Shown here one piece after another: positions 15,669 to 25,557 of a stretch of 64,000 bases of DNA (within the stretch, counting starts at the first letter, position 1; each line of letters opens with the position of its first letter). The position numbers were made by a program, and so were the translations under genes. The notes beneath the pieces are model-generated. The model made no database searches. It saw nothing but the letters and a program-made list of their open reading frames with translations, and had not been told where the DNA came from. Source of the DNA: an uncultured Pseudomonadota bacterium (GTDB lineage Bacteria > Pseudomonadota > Alphaproteobacteria > Acetobacterales > Acetobacteraceae); NCBI GenBank assembly GCA_963758455.1, contig CAVWVK010000007.1, positions 124,340-188,339 of the forward strand, in the 5' to 3' direction.

Positions 15669-15759
15669 ATGTGCAAGGCGGTGGACCGGGGAATGCGCAT
15701 CGGCAGGTTCGCGTCACCGCCAAGTCGGGCGGCGCGTCCGGCGATTCGTTCAGGAGTGA
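15669..15759 (+). pseudogene. Duplicated fragment of the moaC 3' end (last ~31 codons), degenerate
   Basis: Nearly identical to 15474-15566 apart from two 1-nt deletions and one substitution. It is followed by a one-hairpin copy of element B and by the same GGCGGCGGCCTTGCAACAT tail as the first unit. Confidence 0.85.
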
Positions 15760-15762
15760 CCG

Positions 15763-15802
15763 CCCTCCCCGGCCCTCTCCCGGGAGAGGGCTGGGGTGAG
15801 GG
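15763..15802. repeat. Palindromic element family B, single-hairpin copy
   Basis: The sequence is CCCTCCCCGGCCCTCTCCCGGGAGAGGGCTGGGGTGAGGG. Confidence 0.8.
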
Positions 15803-15850
15803 GCGGCGGCCTTGCAACATCCGCCAAGACACCGAAACGGACGTCGTTCG

Positions 15851-17056
15851 GTGATCGGCATCGAGGAGGCCCGCGCGCGCATCCTTGCCGGGCTGCGTCC
15901 GACCGGCCCGGAGACCGTCGCCCTCCCGCAAGCCTGGGGCCGGGTCACGGCGGCCCCGGTCGTCGCACGCCTGACGCAGCCGCCACGCGCCCTCTCGGCA
16001 ATGGACGGCTACGCCCTGCGCGCCGCCGATGCGGTCGCCGGCGCGGCGCTGCGGATCGTTGGCGCCGCGCCGGCCGGGCACCCGTGGCCGGGCCGGCTCG
16101 GCCGTGGCGAGGCGCTGCGCCTGTTCACCGGCAGCGTGATCCCCGACGGCGCGGATTGCGTGCTGCTGCAGGAGGACGCCGTCCGCGACGGCGACCGCCT
16201 CACGATTGCCGAGGCGGGGGTGGCGGGGCGTCATGTGCGTCTGGCGGGCCAGGACTTTTTCGCCGGCGACCTGCTGCTGCCGGCCGGGCGCCGGGTGTCT
16301 GCGTGCGACGTCGGGCTGGCGGCGGCCGGCAACCATGCGTGGCTCGCCGTGCATCGGCGGCCGCAAATCGGCATCCTGGCAACCGGCGACGAGATCGCGC
16401 TGCCGGGCGATCCCATCCCCGCCGGGGGCATCGTCAGCTCGAACACGCACATGCTGGCCGCGATGGCGCGCGCCGCCGGCGGCGAGCCGTGCCTGCTGCC
16501 GATCGCCCCCGACGACCGCCCGGCGTTGGCCGCCGCGCTCGACACGGCGGCGGATTTCGACCTGCTGCTGACCAGCGGCGGCGCCAGCGTGGGCGAGCAC
16601 GACCTGGTGCGCGAGACGCTGGCCGAGCGAGGCATGACGCTGGATTTCTGGAAGGTGGCGATGCGGCCCGGCAAGCCGCTGCTGCACGGCAAGCTGTGCG
16701 GCACGCCGGTGATCGGCCTGCCCGGCAACCCGGTGTCCACGATGGTCACGGCGCTGCTGTTCGCCATGCCGGCGATCCAGCGCCTGTGCGGCTTGGCGGG
16801 CGACCCGCCGCCCGCGCAGCAGGCGATCCTGGCCGCCGGCGTGGCCGCCAACGACGGCCGCGCCGACCATCTGCGCGCGGCGCTGCAAACTGATGCCGAT
16901 GGGACGCTGCGCGTGACGCCGTTCCCGACCCAGGATTCGGCGCAGTTGCGCCTGCTGGCCCGGGCCGACGCGCTGGTGCTGCGCCCGCCGAACGCTCCCG
17001 CCTTGGCCGCCGGGCACCCGGTTGCGGTGATCCGGCTCGATTTGCTGGGGCTGTAG
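15851..17056 (+). CDS. moeA: Molybdopterin molybdotransferase
   Basis: ORF 15812..17056, containing ..IEEARARILAGL..PRALSAMDGYALRAAD..RLFTGSVIPDGADCVLLQED..LATGDEI..SSNTHMLAAMA..LLLTSGGASVGEHD..PGNPVSTMVT... The GTG at 15851 is preferred because the TTG at 15812 lies inside the repeat tail. Confidence 0.88.
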   Translation: MIGIEEARARILAGLRPTGPETVALPQAWGRVTAAPVVARLTQPPRALSAMDGYALRAADAVAGAALRIVGAAPAGHPWPGRLGRGEALRLFTGSVIPDGADCVLLQEDAVRDGDRLTIAEAGVAGRHVRLAGQDFFAGDLLLPAGRRVSACDVGLAAAGNHAWLAVHRRPQIGILATGDEIALPGDPIPAGGIVSSNTHMLAAMARAAGGEPCLLPIAPDDRPALAAALDTAADFDLLLTSGGASVGEHDLVRETLAERGMTLDFWKVAMRPGKPLLHGKLCGTPVIGLPGNPVSTMVTALLFAMPAIQRLCGLAGDPPPAQQAILAAGVAANDGRADHLRAALQTDADGTLRVTPFPTQDSAQLRLLARADALVLRPPNAPALAAGHPVAVIRLDLLGL

Positions 17057-17118
17057 CCGGCGATTGTTGGACAAGCCGCTTGACCCGGAAACGCGAGGCT
17101 CCGTAGAACATGGTGACA

Positions 17119-17133
17119 GTTGCCGGTTTGTTC
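17119..17133 (+). promoter_or_regulatory. Candidate alphaproteobacterial SOS (LexA) box, GTTg-N7-GTTC, upstream of lexA
   Basis: GTTGCCGGTTTGTTC lies 29 nt upstream of the lexA ATG. Established alphaproteobacterial LexA sites are GTTC-N7-GTTC direct repeats. This one has one mismatch. Confidence 0.35.
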
Positions 17134-17161
17134 CGGCGGCACTACCGGGGAGCCGCCCGCC

Positions 17162-17893
17162 ATGCTCACGCGCAAGCAGCACGAACTGCTGATGTTCATC
17201 GACCGCCACCTGAAGGCGACCGGCTTCTCACCGAGCTTCGAGGAGATGAAGGCGGCGCTGGATCTGAAATCCAAGTCGGGCATCCACCGCCTGATCTCGG
17301 CTCTGGAGGAACGTGGGTTCCTGGCCCGCCGGCATCATCGCGCCCGCGCCCTGGAAGTGGTGCGCCTGCCGGGTGGCGCGCCGCTTGCGGTGTCACCGGC
17401 CGCCGATGCCGGCGCCGTCGCCTTGGGGGCGCCGGCGGCGTTCGCGCCCAACGTGATCCGCGGCGATTTCACCGGCCGGCTGCCGGGCGTGCGCACCGCC
17501 AAGGAAGTCGGCGCGGTCGAGCTGCCGCTGTACGGCCGCATCGCCGCCGGCCTGCCGATCGAGGCGCTGCGCGATGCCGGCAGCCAGATCGAGGTGCCGG
17601 TGGCGCTGGTCGCCGGCGGCGAGCACTACGCGCTGGAGGTGGACGGCAACTCGATGATCGACGCGGGGATTCTCGACGATGACATCGTCATCATCCGCAA
17701 GGGCGAGACCGCCGAGAACGGGCAGATCGTGGTGGCCATGATCGACGAGGCCGAAGTCACCCTGAAGCGTTTGCGACGGCGCGGCAACTCGATCGCTCTG
17801 GAGCCGGCCAACGCGCATTACGAGGCGCAGATATTTCCGGCCGACCGGGTTCGCGTGCAGGGCCGGCTGGTGGCGCTGCTGCGGCGGTACTGA
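17162..17893 (+). CDS. lexA: LexA repressor
   Basis: [54 protein letters not shown].. is followed by ..[55 protein letters not shown].. Confidence 0.93.
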   Translation: MLTRKQHELLMFIDRHLKATGFSPSFEEMKAALDLKSKSGIHRLISALEERGFLARRHHRARALEVVRLPGGAPLAVSPAADAGAVALGAPAAFAPNVIRGDFTGRLPGVRTAKEVGAVELPLYGRIAAGLPIEALRDAGSQIEVPVALVAGGEHYALEVDGNSMIDAGILDDDIVIIRKGETAENGQIVVAMIDEAEVTLKRLRRRGNSIALEPANAHYEAQIFPADRVRVQGRLVALLRRY

Positions 17894-17898
17894 CGAAC

Positions 17899-18564
17899 CT
17901 ACCCCACCTCCCCCATCTCCAGCTCCCGCACCGCCGCCAGGGCCGCCGTCGGATCCAGCCGGCGCGTGAGGCGCGCATCGACATGGGCGTAGGCCACCTT
18001 CCCGTCACGGCCGACCACGAAGCCGGCCGGCACCGGCAGGGTCCATTCGTTCGTGCCATTGATGCGCGGCAGAGGATGGCCAAGCCGCTCGTAGACCGCC
18101 TGCATCTCGGGGCTCAGCTCCCATACCAGGCCATAGCGGCGGGCGACCTCGTTGCCGTGATCGGCCAGGATCGGGAACGCCAGGCCGTTGCGATCGGCGG
18201 TCTCGCGGGCGTTGCCGGTGGTCTGCGGCGAGATCGCCACCACCTCGGCGCCTTGCCGCCGCAGCTCAGGCCTGATGCGGGCCAGCGCGCGCAGCGCGAT
18301 GGTGCAGAACGGGCACCAGCCGCCCCGGAAAAAGGTCAGGACCACCGGCCCGCGACTGAGCAATTCATGCAGGCTGACCACGCGGCCGGACTGGTCGGGC
18401 AGCGCGAAGTCCGGCGCCAGGTCGCCGGCGCGCAAGGCGTTGTCCAGCAGGCCCGCCTCCGAAAGCGCCTGGGCCGCCTGTCGCAGCGCCTGCCCGGTCT
18501 GCGGGTCGGTGCGCTCCAGCAGCCCCGCCATGAAAGCCTCCAACTGTCGCGTCAGCCCTTCCAT
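17899..18564 (-). CDS. Peroxiredoxin-like (AhpC/TSA family) protein
   Basis: Contains ..DFALPDQSGRVVSLHELLSRGPVVLTFFRGGWCPFCTIALRAL..VVAISPQ... The ATG at 18564 is preceded by GAGGAGG. It is divergent from a LysR regulator. Confidence 0.8.
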   Translation of the reverse strand: MEGLTRQLEAFMAGLLERTDPQTGQALRQAAQALSEAGLLDNALRAGDLAPDFALPDQSGRVVSLHELLSRGPVVLTFFRGGWCPFCTIALRALARIRPELRRQGAEVVAISPQTTGNARETADRNGLAFPILADHGNEVARRYGLVWELSPEMQAVYERLGHPLPRINGTNEWTLPVPAGFVVGRDGKVAYAHVDARLTRRLDPTAALAAVRELEMGEVG

Positions 18565-18685
18565 AATCAGCCTCCTCGCGATCCTCCCGGCATCGGTCGC
18601 GATCGCAGCTTGACACATGATGCACTAGAGGCGGAGCGGGTAGGTTGGGTTGCACGATGGCATTCATGCGCGAAAGTAAGAGACC

Positions 18686-19600
18686 TTGGACCTGCTCACC
18701 GCCTTTCGAACCTTTGTCAGGATTGCCGAGACCGGCAGCTTCTCGGCCGTCGCGCGCGAGGTCGGCGCGACCCAGCCGGCGATCTCGCGCCAGGTGGCGC
18801 AGTTGGAGCAGCACCTGGGCGTGCGGCTGTTCCAGCGCAGCACCCGCAGCCTGACGCTCACCGAGGACGGGCGCGACCTGCTGACCCATGCGCAGGTCGT
18901 GCTGGACACCGTGGCGGAGACCGAGGCCTCGATCGGCCAGCGCCGCGCCTCGCCGTCCGGGCTGGTGAAGCTCGGGTGCCCGGCGGTGTTCGGCCGCGTC
19001 TACATAGCGCCGCGGATCGGCCTGCTGCTGGCGCGCTACCCGGACCTGGTGGTGGAACTGGTGATCGAGGACGACGTGGTGGACATGGTCCAGCAGGGCC
19101 TGGACGTGTCGGTACGGACCGGCGAGATCACCGATCCGTCCCTGGTCGCCCGGCGCATCGGGCTGACCACGGCACATATCATCGCCTCGACCGAGTATCT
19201 GGAGCGCATGGGCGAGCCGAAGCACCCGAGCGAGCTCGCGGCGCACGAATGCGTGCTGTTCACGCGCATGGCCAGCCCGGAGGAGTGGGTGTTCCACGGG
19301 CCGGAGGGCGCGGTCAGCGTCCCCGTCAAGGGCCGTTTCCGCAGCAACGGCATCGAGGCAGTGCTGGCCGCCGTGGTCGGCGGCGTCGGGATCTCCCGCG
19401 TCCCGCTCTGGATGGTGCGCGACGAAATCGACAGCGGCCGGGTGCGGCGCATCCTGGCCGACTGGCAGCCGAAGCCGCGGCCGATCTTCGCGGTCTATCC
19501 GTCCCGCCGCTTCCTCGCCCCGCGCACGCGCGCGATGATCGACTTCCTGGTGGACGAGTTCCGCCTCGACCCGGTGATCTCGTCGTACGGCCAGACTTAA
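18686..19600 (+). CDS. LysR-family transcriptional regulator
   Basis: (TTG start) MDLLTAFRTFVRIAETGSFSAVAREVGATQPAISRQVAQLEQHLGVRLFQRSTRSLTLTEDG.. is a canonical LysR HTH, followed by a substrate-binding domain. Confidence 0.88.
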   Translation: MDLLTAFRTFVRIAETGSFSAVAREVGATQPAISRQVAQLEQHLGVRLFQRSTRSLTLTEDGRDLLTHAQVVLDTVAETEASIGQRRASPSGLVKLGCPAVFGRVYIAPRIGLLLARYPDLVVELVIEDDVVDMVQQGLDVSVRTGEITDPSLVARRIGLTTAHIIASTEYLERMGEPKHPSELAAHECVLFTRMASPEEWVFHGPEGAVSVPVKGRFRSNGIEAVLAAVVGGVGISRVPLWMVRDEIDSGRVRRILADWQPKPRPIFAVYPSRRFLAPRTRAMIDFLVDEFRLDPVISSYGQT

Positions 19601-19637
19601 CGATCACCACTTAGCGATCACCGCGTAGCGATGCGGC

Positions 19638-20216
19638 TCAGCCGCCGGCCGCCCCGAAATGCCGCGCCACGCGCTGCACGCAGGCGGCGAAGGCGCCGAG
19701 ATCCGTCCACGCCGCCTGGATGTCCCCGCCCAGCGTGATCGCCCCGCCCGAGGCGGCGATGGCGCCGTCGATCATCAGGTTGTCGACGCAGCCGAACGAC
19801 TCCACCGCCATGCCGTCGTCATCGCGCCAGCCGCCCTGCCCGTCGGCCCGCGCCGCACCCCCCGTCCAGGCCAGGGTGCGCTGCGCGAACGGCCGCCCGT
19901 CGCCGCTCCAGCCGAACACCGGCCGGCCGAGCGCGCGCATGAAGCCCAGCTCGAACACGGTCCCCGGATCGGCGCTGGGACCGCGAAACGGCGTCAGGTT
20001 GGCGATCAGCGCCGCCGCACCACGGATATGCGCCTCGTTGCGCAGCGCGATGCGGCGCCATTCCGGCAGTGCCGACCATGCCTCGGGCTCGCCGTCCAGC
20101 GGATCGAGCGGAAAGATGCCGGTCAGCCCGTGCGCCGCGCACACCGCCTTCAGCGCCGCCCCGCGCGCCAGCGGATCGGGCAGGAACACATCCGGCCCGG
20201 CCAGATAGACCTTCAT
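19638..20216 (-). CDS. Nucleoside 2-deoxyribosyltransferase-like protein
   Basis: Starts at the internal ATG of ORF 19638..20489: MKVYLAGPDVFLPDP..GIFPLD..ALIANLTPFRGPSADPGTVFELGFMRALGRPVFGW..VDNLMI... The ATG overlaps the stop of the upstream sensor kinase (ATGA). Confidence 0.72.
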   Translation of the reverse strand: MKVYLAGPDVFLPDPLARGAALKAVCAAHGLTGIFPLDPLDGEPEAWSALPEWRRIALRNEAHIRGAAALIANLTPFRGPSADPGTVFELGFMRALGRPVFGWSGDGRPFAQRTLAWTGGAARADGQGGWRDDDGMAVESFGCVDNLMIDGAIAASGGAITLGGDIQAAWTDLGAFAACVQRVARHFGAAGG

Positions 20217-23200
20217 GCGACGGCCGGTTGCGGGGTCAGGAAGGCGCGCGCGGCCTCGGCGGCATCGGCCAGTTCCAGATCCAGGCCGTCCGCCGCGCCG
20301 CGCGCGCCCGCCACATCGCGGGCCTCCGCCAGGGCCATGACGCGGCGGATGCGCAACTCCAGCCGGGCCAGGCCATAGGTGGCCGCCATGCCCGCCAGCG
20401 CGTGCGCCCCCGCGGCGGCGGCGGCGGCATCGTCGCGCCCGAGTTCCTGATCCAGCAGCGCCAGCCGGCGGCGGATGTCGCTCACGCATCGCTCCAGCAG
20501 GTACGCCAGCGTCTCGCCCGTCAGCTCGGCGCGCAATTCCGCCAGGCGCCCCAAATCGACCAGTCCCCTATCGATCGCTCCCTCGTCGCCTGCCCGGCCG
20601 GCCGGGTCAGCCACCGCCGCGCTTTCGCCCGGCGCGTCGCGGTCGGCCCAGGCCAGCCGCTCGATGATCGCCGCCAGATCGGCGGCCGATGCCGGCTTGG
20701 CCAGCACCGCGTCCAGCCCCGCCGCCGCGCAGCGCAGCCGGTCCTCCGGCGCGCTGGTGGCGGTCAGCGCCACGATCGGCACGCGCCCGGCGGCGCCCGG
20801 GAGCGCCCGGATCAGCCGCGCCGCCTGGTAGCCGCTGATCCCCGGCATCGCGAGGTCCATGAACACCAGATCGAACGGTCGCGTCCGAACCAGCTCCACC
20901 GCCGCCAGGCCGTCGTCGACGGCCTCGACCCGGTGCCCGGCGCCGCGCAGCAGCATGGCGGTGATCCGCCGGTTGGCCGGCATGTCCTCGACCAGCAGCA
21001 CCGACGCGCCCGCCCGCTCCCGCGGCGATGCGGCCTGCTCGCGCGCCGGTGTCGCGTCCTCGTCCATCGACACGGCAGCGAACGGGAGCGTCAGCCAGAA
21101 CTCGTTGCCGCCTTCGGCCGAGAAGCCGACCCCCACCTGGCCGCCCATCAGCTCCACCAGCCCGGCGCAGATCGCCAGGCCGAGCCCGGTGCCGGGGACG
21201 CCGCCCGCATGGGCCGGCGCGAGCCGCGAAAACGGTCGGAACAGCAGCGCGGCCTCGCGCGGCGGAATGCGCGGGCCGCTGTCGCGCACGCCCATCAGCA
21301 CCGATCGCTGCCCCTCGATCGCCGTCCGCGGCGTCCTCGCCCAGCGCCCACGCGGCGCGGATCACCACCGGGCCTGGGGCCGCGAACTTGATGGCGTTGC
21401 CGACGAAGTTCATCAGCACCTGCCGCAGCCGGCCGCTGTCGGCGTGCAGCACGCGCGGCAGCGCCGGGTCGATCTCCACCGCCAACCGGATGCCGCGCGC
21501 CTCGGCCTGCGCGCGGAACATCGACTCGATGCCGGACAGCATCGCCCGCACCGCGAACGGAGCCGGCCGCACTTGCAGGCGCCCGGCCGCCATCCCCGAC
21601 ATCTCCAGCACGTCGTTGACCAGGTCGAGCAAGGCCGTGCCGGCCTCGCGCGCGGTATCGGCCAGCGCCTGCTGCGCGTCCGACAGCGATGACTGGTCCA
21701 GCAGCGCCAGGCTGCCCAGCACCGCGCTCAGCGGCGTGCGGATCTCGTGGCTCACCACCGCGACGAGGCCGGCTTTCTGCTCGGCGGCCTCGGCGGCCAT
21801 GCGCCGAGCCTCGGCCTGCGCCGCCTCGGTCTGCCGGCGGGCGGTGATGTCGGTGTACAGGGTGACGAAACCGCCGCCCGGCAGCGCGCTGCGCCGGAAC
21901 TCGACGCCGCGGCCGCCCGGCCGCGTGCGCTCCTGCTGCCCGTTGGTGCGCCCGGCGCGCAGTCGATCCATGCGCCGCCTCAACTCCGCCTCGACCGCGG
22001 CCTCGGACGCCAGCGGCCCGAACTCGCCGCCGCGCGCTTGCGCCCGCAGCATGTCCTCCATCGGCACCCCCACCCGCAGCAATTCGGCGGGCACACCGGA
22101 ATACAGCGCGAAACGCTCGTTCCACAGCGCCAGGCGAAGCTGCTCGTCGAGCAGCATCACGCCGTCGGACATGCCGCTCAGGATGCCCTCGACCTGCGCC
22201 GCCTTGCCCTCGGCCCGCGCCTGGGCGCGTTCCGCCTCGGCGTGGGCGGCCGCCAACTGGTCGGACCGCAGCCGCGCGGCGTCCAGCACCTGCCACAGCA
22301 TCCAGGCCAGCACCAGGATGGCCGCCGGGACGCCCCACGCAAACCAGCGCACCGTGGCGGCCCAATCGGCCACGTCGCGCAGCGCCACATCGCGGTCGAC
22401 GCCGACGAGGATGGTCAAATCCTGACCGGCCAGCCGGCGAAAGGCGTGGATGCGCGCCACGCCATCGGGCGCCGAGCGGCCGGCCCAGACCCCTTGCGGC
22501 GCCCTGCGCAGGGCGCGAAACATCGCCGAGTCGGCAACGTCCTGGCCGGGCGGCAGCGCATGGGGCGAGACCAGCGCGCGCATCGCGCCGTCGTCGCCGA
22601 CCAGCGCGATCAGCCCGCGCGGGCCGAGATCGACCTGCTCGAGCATGTTGGTGAGCGACCACGGATCATAGGCGGCCACCACGCCGCCGGCGAAGCCGCC
22701 GCCCGGCGACTGCAACCGCCGCGCCAGCTCGATCCGCCATCGCCCGGTGGTCTTCCAGTCGATCGTCGGCACCACCAGCAGGCCCGGCCGGACGCTGGCG
22801 CGCAACGCCGCGAACACGCGGGTCGCGGCGAGGCTGGTGCCTACCGTGTCGGGGCGCGTCGCGGCGGTGACGCGGCCCTGCGCGTCGAGCACGAACATGT
22901 CGGGCGAGACCTCGCGCAGCAACGGCAGCAGGGCAAGCCCGCGCTGCCAGCCGCCCTGCCCGCCCGACAAGTCGAGATGCGCGGGATCGACGCGCCATTG
23001 CCGCGCCAGCACCAGCATCGCCTGATCGATGGACCGGAGCTGCCGATCGAGCTGCCACTCCACCGCCAGCGCCAGGTTGGCGACGTCCGCCTCGGCGTGC
23101 GCCTGCGCCTCGCGCCGCTCGGCGCGCATGGAGACCAGGGTGAAGCCCCATGTAAGGGCCGCCAGCAGCAGTGCCGCGAGGACGATGAAGCCCTTCAGCG

Positions 23201-23240
23201 CGGTGTCGCGGCGCAGCCGGAAGCTGCCAGGCGTGGTCAC
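20213..23240 (-). pseudogene. Hybrid sensor histidine kinase (TM - periplasmic sensor - TM - PAS - HisKA - HATPase - REC - Hpt); one frame break near 21300-21312
   Basis: ORF 20607..23240 carries the TM/periplasmic part, ..ILSGMSDGVMLLDEQLRLALWNERF.. (PAS), ..AVVSHEIRTPLSAVLG.. (H box) and ..VLMNFVGNAIKF... ORF 20213..21301 continues with VLMGVRDSGPRIP..GTGLGLAICAGLVELMGG.., the REC domain (VLLVEDMPANR..DLVFMDLAMPG..) and the Hpt domain (..AHALAGMAATYGL..). Confidence 0.85.
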
Positions 23241-23414
23241 GCGGCGCGCTCTCCCCCGTCATTCCAGACTTGCCGATAATGCCAGACTTATCGCGTCATG
23301 ACGCCGCCTCGCAATGGTGGCCGGACGCGCGGCCAGCGGGGCCGCGCGTGCTTGCCGGGGCCAATGTTATCGTGTGTATGGGCGGCCGGGCGACGCAAGA
23401 CGACAGAGGACGGC

Positions 23415-24635
23415 ATGGCGAAGATCAAGGTCAAAACTCCCGTGGTGGAACTCGACGGGGACGAGATGACGCGAATCATCTGGGGCTTCATCAAGGACAA
23501 GCTGATCCTGCCGTATCTGGACATCGAATTGGACTGTTACGACCTCGGCATCGAGCATCGCGACGCCACCGATGACCAGGTGACGGTCGACGCCGCGCAC
23601 GCCATCCGGCGCCACGGCGTCGGCGTGAAATGCGCCACCATCACGCCGGACGAGGCGCGCGTGGCCGAGTTCGGGCTGAAGCGCATGTGGCGCAGCCCGA
23701 ACGGCACCATCCGCAACATCCTCGACGGCACCATCTTTCGCGAGCCGATCATCTGCGCCAACGTGCCGCGCCTGGTGCCGCACTGGACGCAGCCCATCGT
23801 CATCGGCCGCCACGCCTACGGCGACATCTATCGCGCCAGCGAGACGAAAATCCCTGCCCCCGGCCGTGTCACCCTGCAGTACCAGCCCGCCGACGGCGGC
23901 GCGCCGACGGTGCTGGAGGTGCATGACTTCAAGGGTCCCGGCGTGGCGATGGGGATGCACAACACCCGCGCCAGCATCGAGGGGTTCGCCCGCGCCTCGC
24001 TGAACTACGGGCTGCTGCGGCACTACCCGGTGTACCTGTCGACCAAGAACACCATCCTGAAAGCCTATGACGGCATGTTCAAGGACGTGTTCCAGGAGAT
24101 TTACGACGCCGAGTTCCGCGCCCGGTTCGAGGCGGAAAAGCTCACCTACGAGCACCGGCTGATCGACGACATGGTGGCCAGCGCGCTGAAATGGGAAGGC
24201 GGCTATGTCTGGGCCTGCAAGAACTACGACGGCGACGTGCAGAGCGACATCGTGGCGCAGGGGTTCGGCAGCCTCGGCCTGATGACCAGCGTGCTGATGA
24301 GCCCGGACGGGCACACCGTCGAGAGCGAGGCGGCGCACGGCACGGTGACGCGCCACTACCGCGAGCACCAGCGCGGGCGCGAGACCAGCACCAACCCGAT
24401 CGCCTCGATCTTCGCCTGGACCCGCGGCCTCGCCTATCGCGGCCGCTTCGACGACACGCCGGACGTGACGCGCTTCGCCGAGACGCTGGAGCGGGTGTGC
24501 GTGCAGACCGTCGAGAGCGGCGCCATGACCAAGGATCTGGCGGTGCTGATCGGCCGCGACCAGCCGTGGCTCAACACCCAGGCGTTCCTCGCCCGCATCG
24601 ACGACAACCTGCGCGCGGCGATGCGGGTCGCGTGA
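23415..24635 (+). CDS. icd: NADP-dependent isocitrate dehydrogenase (homodimeric, eukaryote-like type)
   Basis: [110 protein letters not shown].. Confidence 0.95.
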   Translation: MAKIKVKTPVVELDGDEMTRIIWGFIKDKLILPYLDIELDCYDLGIEHRDATDDQVTVDAAHAIRRHGVGVKCATITPDEARVAEFGLKRMWRSPNGTIRNILDGTIFREPIICANVPRLVPHWTQPIVIGRHAYGDIYRASETKIPAPGRVTLQYQPADGGAPTVLEVHDFKGPGVAMGMHNTRASIEGFARASLNYGLLRHYPVYLSTKNTILKAYDGMFKDVFQEIYDAEFRARFEAEKLTYEHRLIDDMVASALKWEGGYVWACKNYDGDVQSDIVAQGFGSLGLMTSVLMSPDGHTVESEAAHGTVTRHYREHQRGRETSTNPIASIFAWTRGLAYRGRFDDTPDVTRFAETLERVCVQTVESGAMTKDLAVLIGRDQPWLNTQAFLARIDDNLRAAMRVA

Positions 24636-24792
24636 TCCGGCATCGGCCGCGGCGAGCCATCCGTCCAGGCCGGCGTGACTTCTACCGTCATGGCCGGGCT
24701 TGACGGGGCCACGAAGCGGAAACGCCAAGCGCACCGGGTTGCTGGTATGGTATGCTGAACCTACCAGCGGCGGCGCCGCGCGTGGAGGCTGC

Positions 24793-25488
24793 ATGAGACT
24801 GTTCGCCGCACTCGTGCTGGCCTGCCTCGGCGGCGTCGCGTCGCTGCCCGCGCCGGCGCGGGCGCAGGCCGTGTGGTCCGGCAATGGCCAGGCCGCCGCG
24901 CTCGATTGCCGCGGCGGCCCGGCCCTGGTGCGCGGGTCGGGCAACCGGCTGACCATCGGGGGCGCCTGCGCCAGCCTGAGCATCGTCGGGTCGAACAACG
25001 TCATCGCCATTGATCTGGCGCCCGGCCACGCGGTGCGGGTCAGCGGCGACGACAACCGCGTGCTGTACCGTTTCGCCGCCGGACCGCCCAGGTCGCAGAC
25101 CAGCGGCGCGGACAACCAGGTGCTGCCGGACCCGCGCCAGGGCACCGTGACCGCCGTGATGACCCCGCTGCCGGCGCTGATCGTGGACGCCGATTCCGGC
25201 TACGACCTGCCATGCGGCGGCCGCGACGTGGTGATCCGCGGCGACGCGCTGCGCACCGTGCTGCGCGGCGGCTGCCGGTCGATCACCGTGCTGGGACGCT
25301 TGGACAGCATCACCGCCGAGCTGCTGCCCGGCGCGCTGATCTCGATCGGCGGCCCGGCGGTGATCCTCAACTACGTCCTGATCGCCGAAGGGCCGCCGCC
25401 GGTGGTGCGCGTGACCGCGCTCGGGCTGAAGGCGAAGCAGATCCAGCATTTCGGAGAAAGCCAGCTCTCGCTGCCCACCTTCCGCTGA
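24793..25488 (+). CDS. Secreted DUF3060-like repeat protein
   Basis: It has a signal peptide MRLFAALVLACLGGVASLPAPARA, then short repeats of the form G.GN.L.I.G....L.I.G..N.V. Confidence 0.6.
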   Translation: MRLFAALVLACLGGVASLPAPARAQAVWSGNGQAAALDCRGGPALVRGSGNRLTIGGACASLSIVGSNNVIAIDLAPGHAVRVSGDDNRVLYRFAAGPPRSQTSGADNQVLPDPRQGTVTAVMTPLPALIVDADSGYDLPCGGRDVVIRGDALRTVLRGGCRSITVLGRLDSITAELLPGALISIGGPAVILNYVLIAEGPPPVVRVTALGLKAKQIQHFGESQLSLPTFR

Positions 25489-25557
25489 CGCGCACCCGTT
25501 GCATCGCCGCCGCCGCCGCCCTTGTATCCTGTGCGGCGCACGGCAGCGGAGGCGGCA

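Noticed and set aside
15571-15802. Possible CRISPR array (repeated GC-rich palindromes)
   Set aside because: There are only two adjacent copies separated by a duplicated gene fragment. Other copies are dispersed tens of kb apart. There is no regular repeat-spacer periodicity and there are no cas genes.
15669-15854. 61-aa ORF starting [11 protein letters not shown]
   Set aside because: It is the duplicated moaC tail read through into a palindromic element. It is not an independent gene.
17106-17122. Second LexA half-site pair (GAAC at 17106-17109) upstream of lexA
   Set aside because: There is no partner GAAC or GTTC at the required 7-nt spacing. Only the GTTg-N7-GTTC site at 17119-17133 is retained, at low confidence.
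23263-23296. CCAGACTT repeated 19 nt apart between the sensor kinase and icd
   Set aside because: It is a short repeat of unknown meaning. It could be a regulator site, but there is no supporting evidence in the window.
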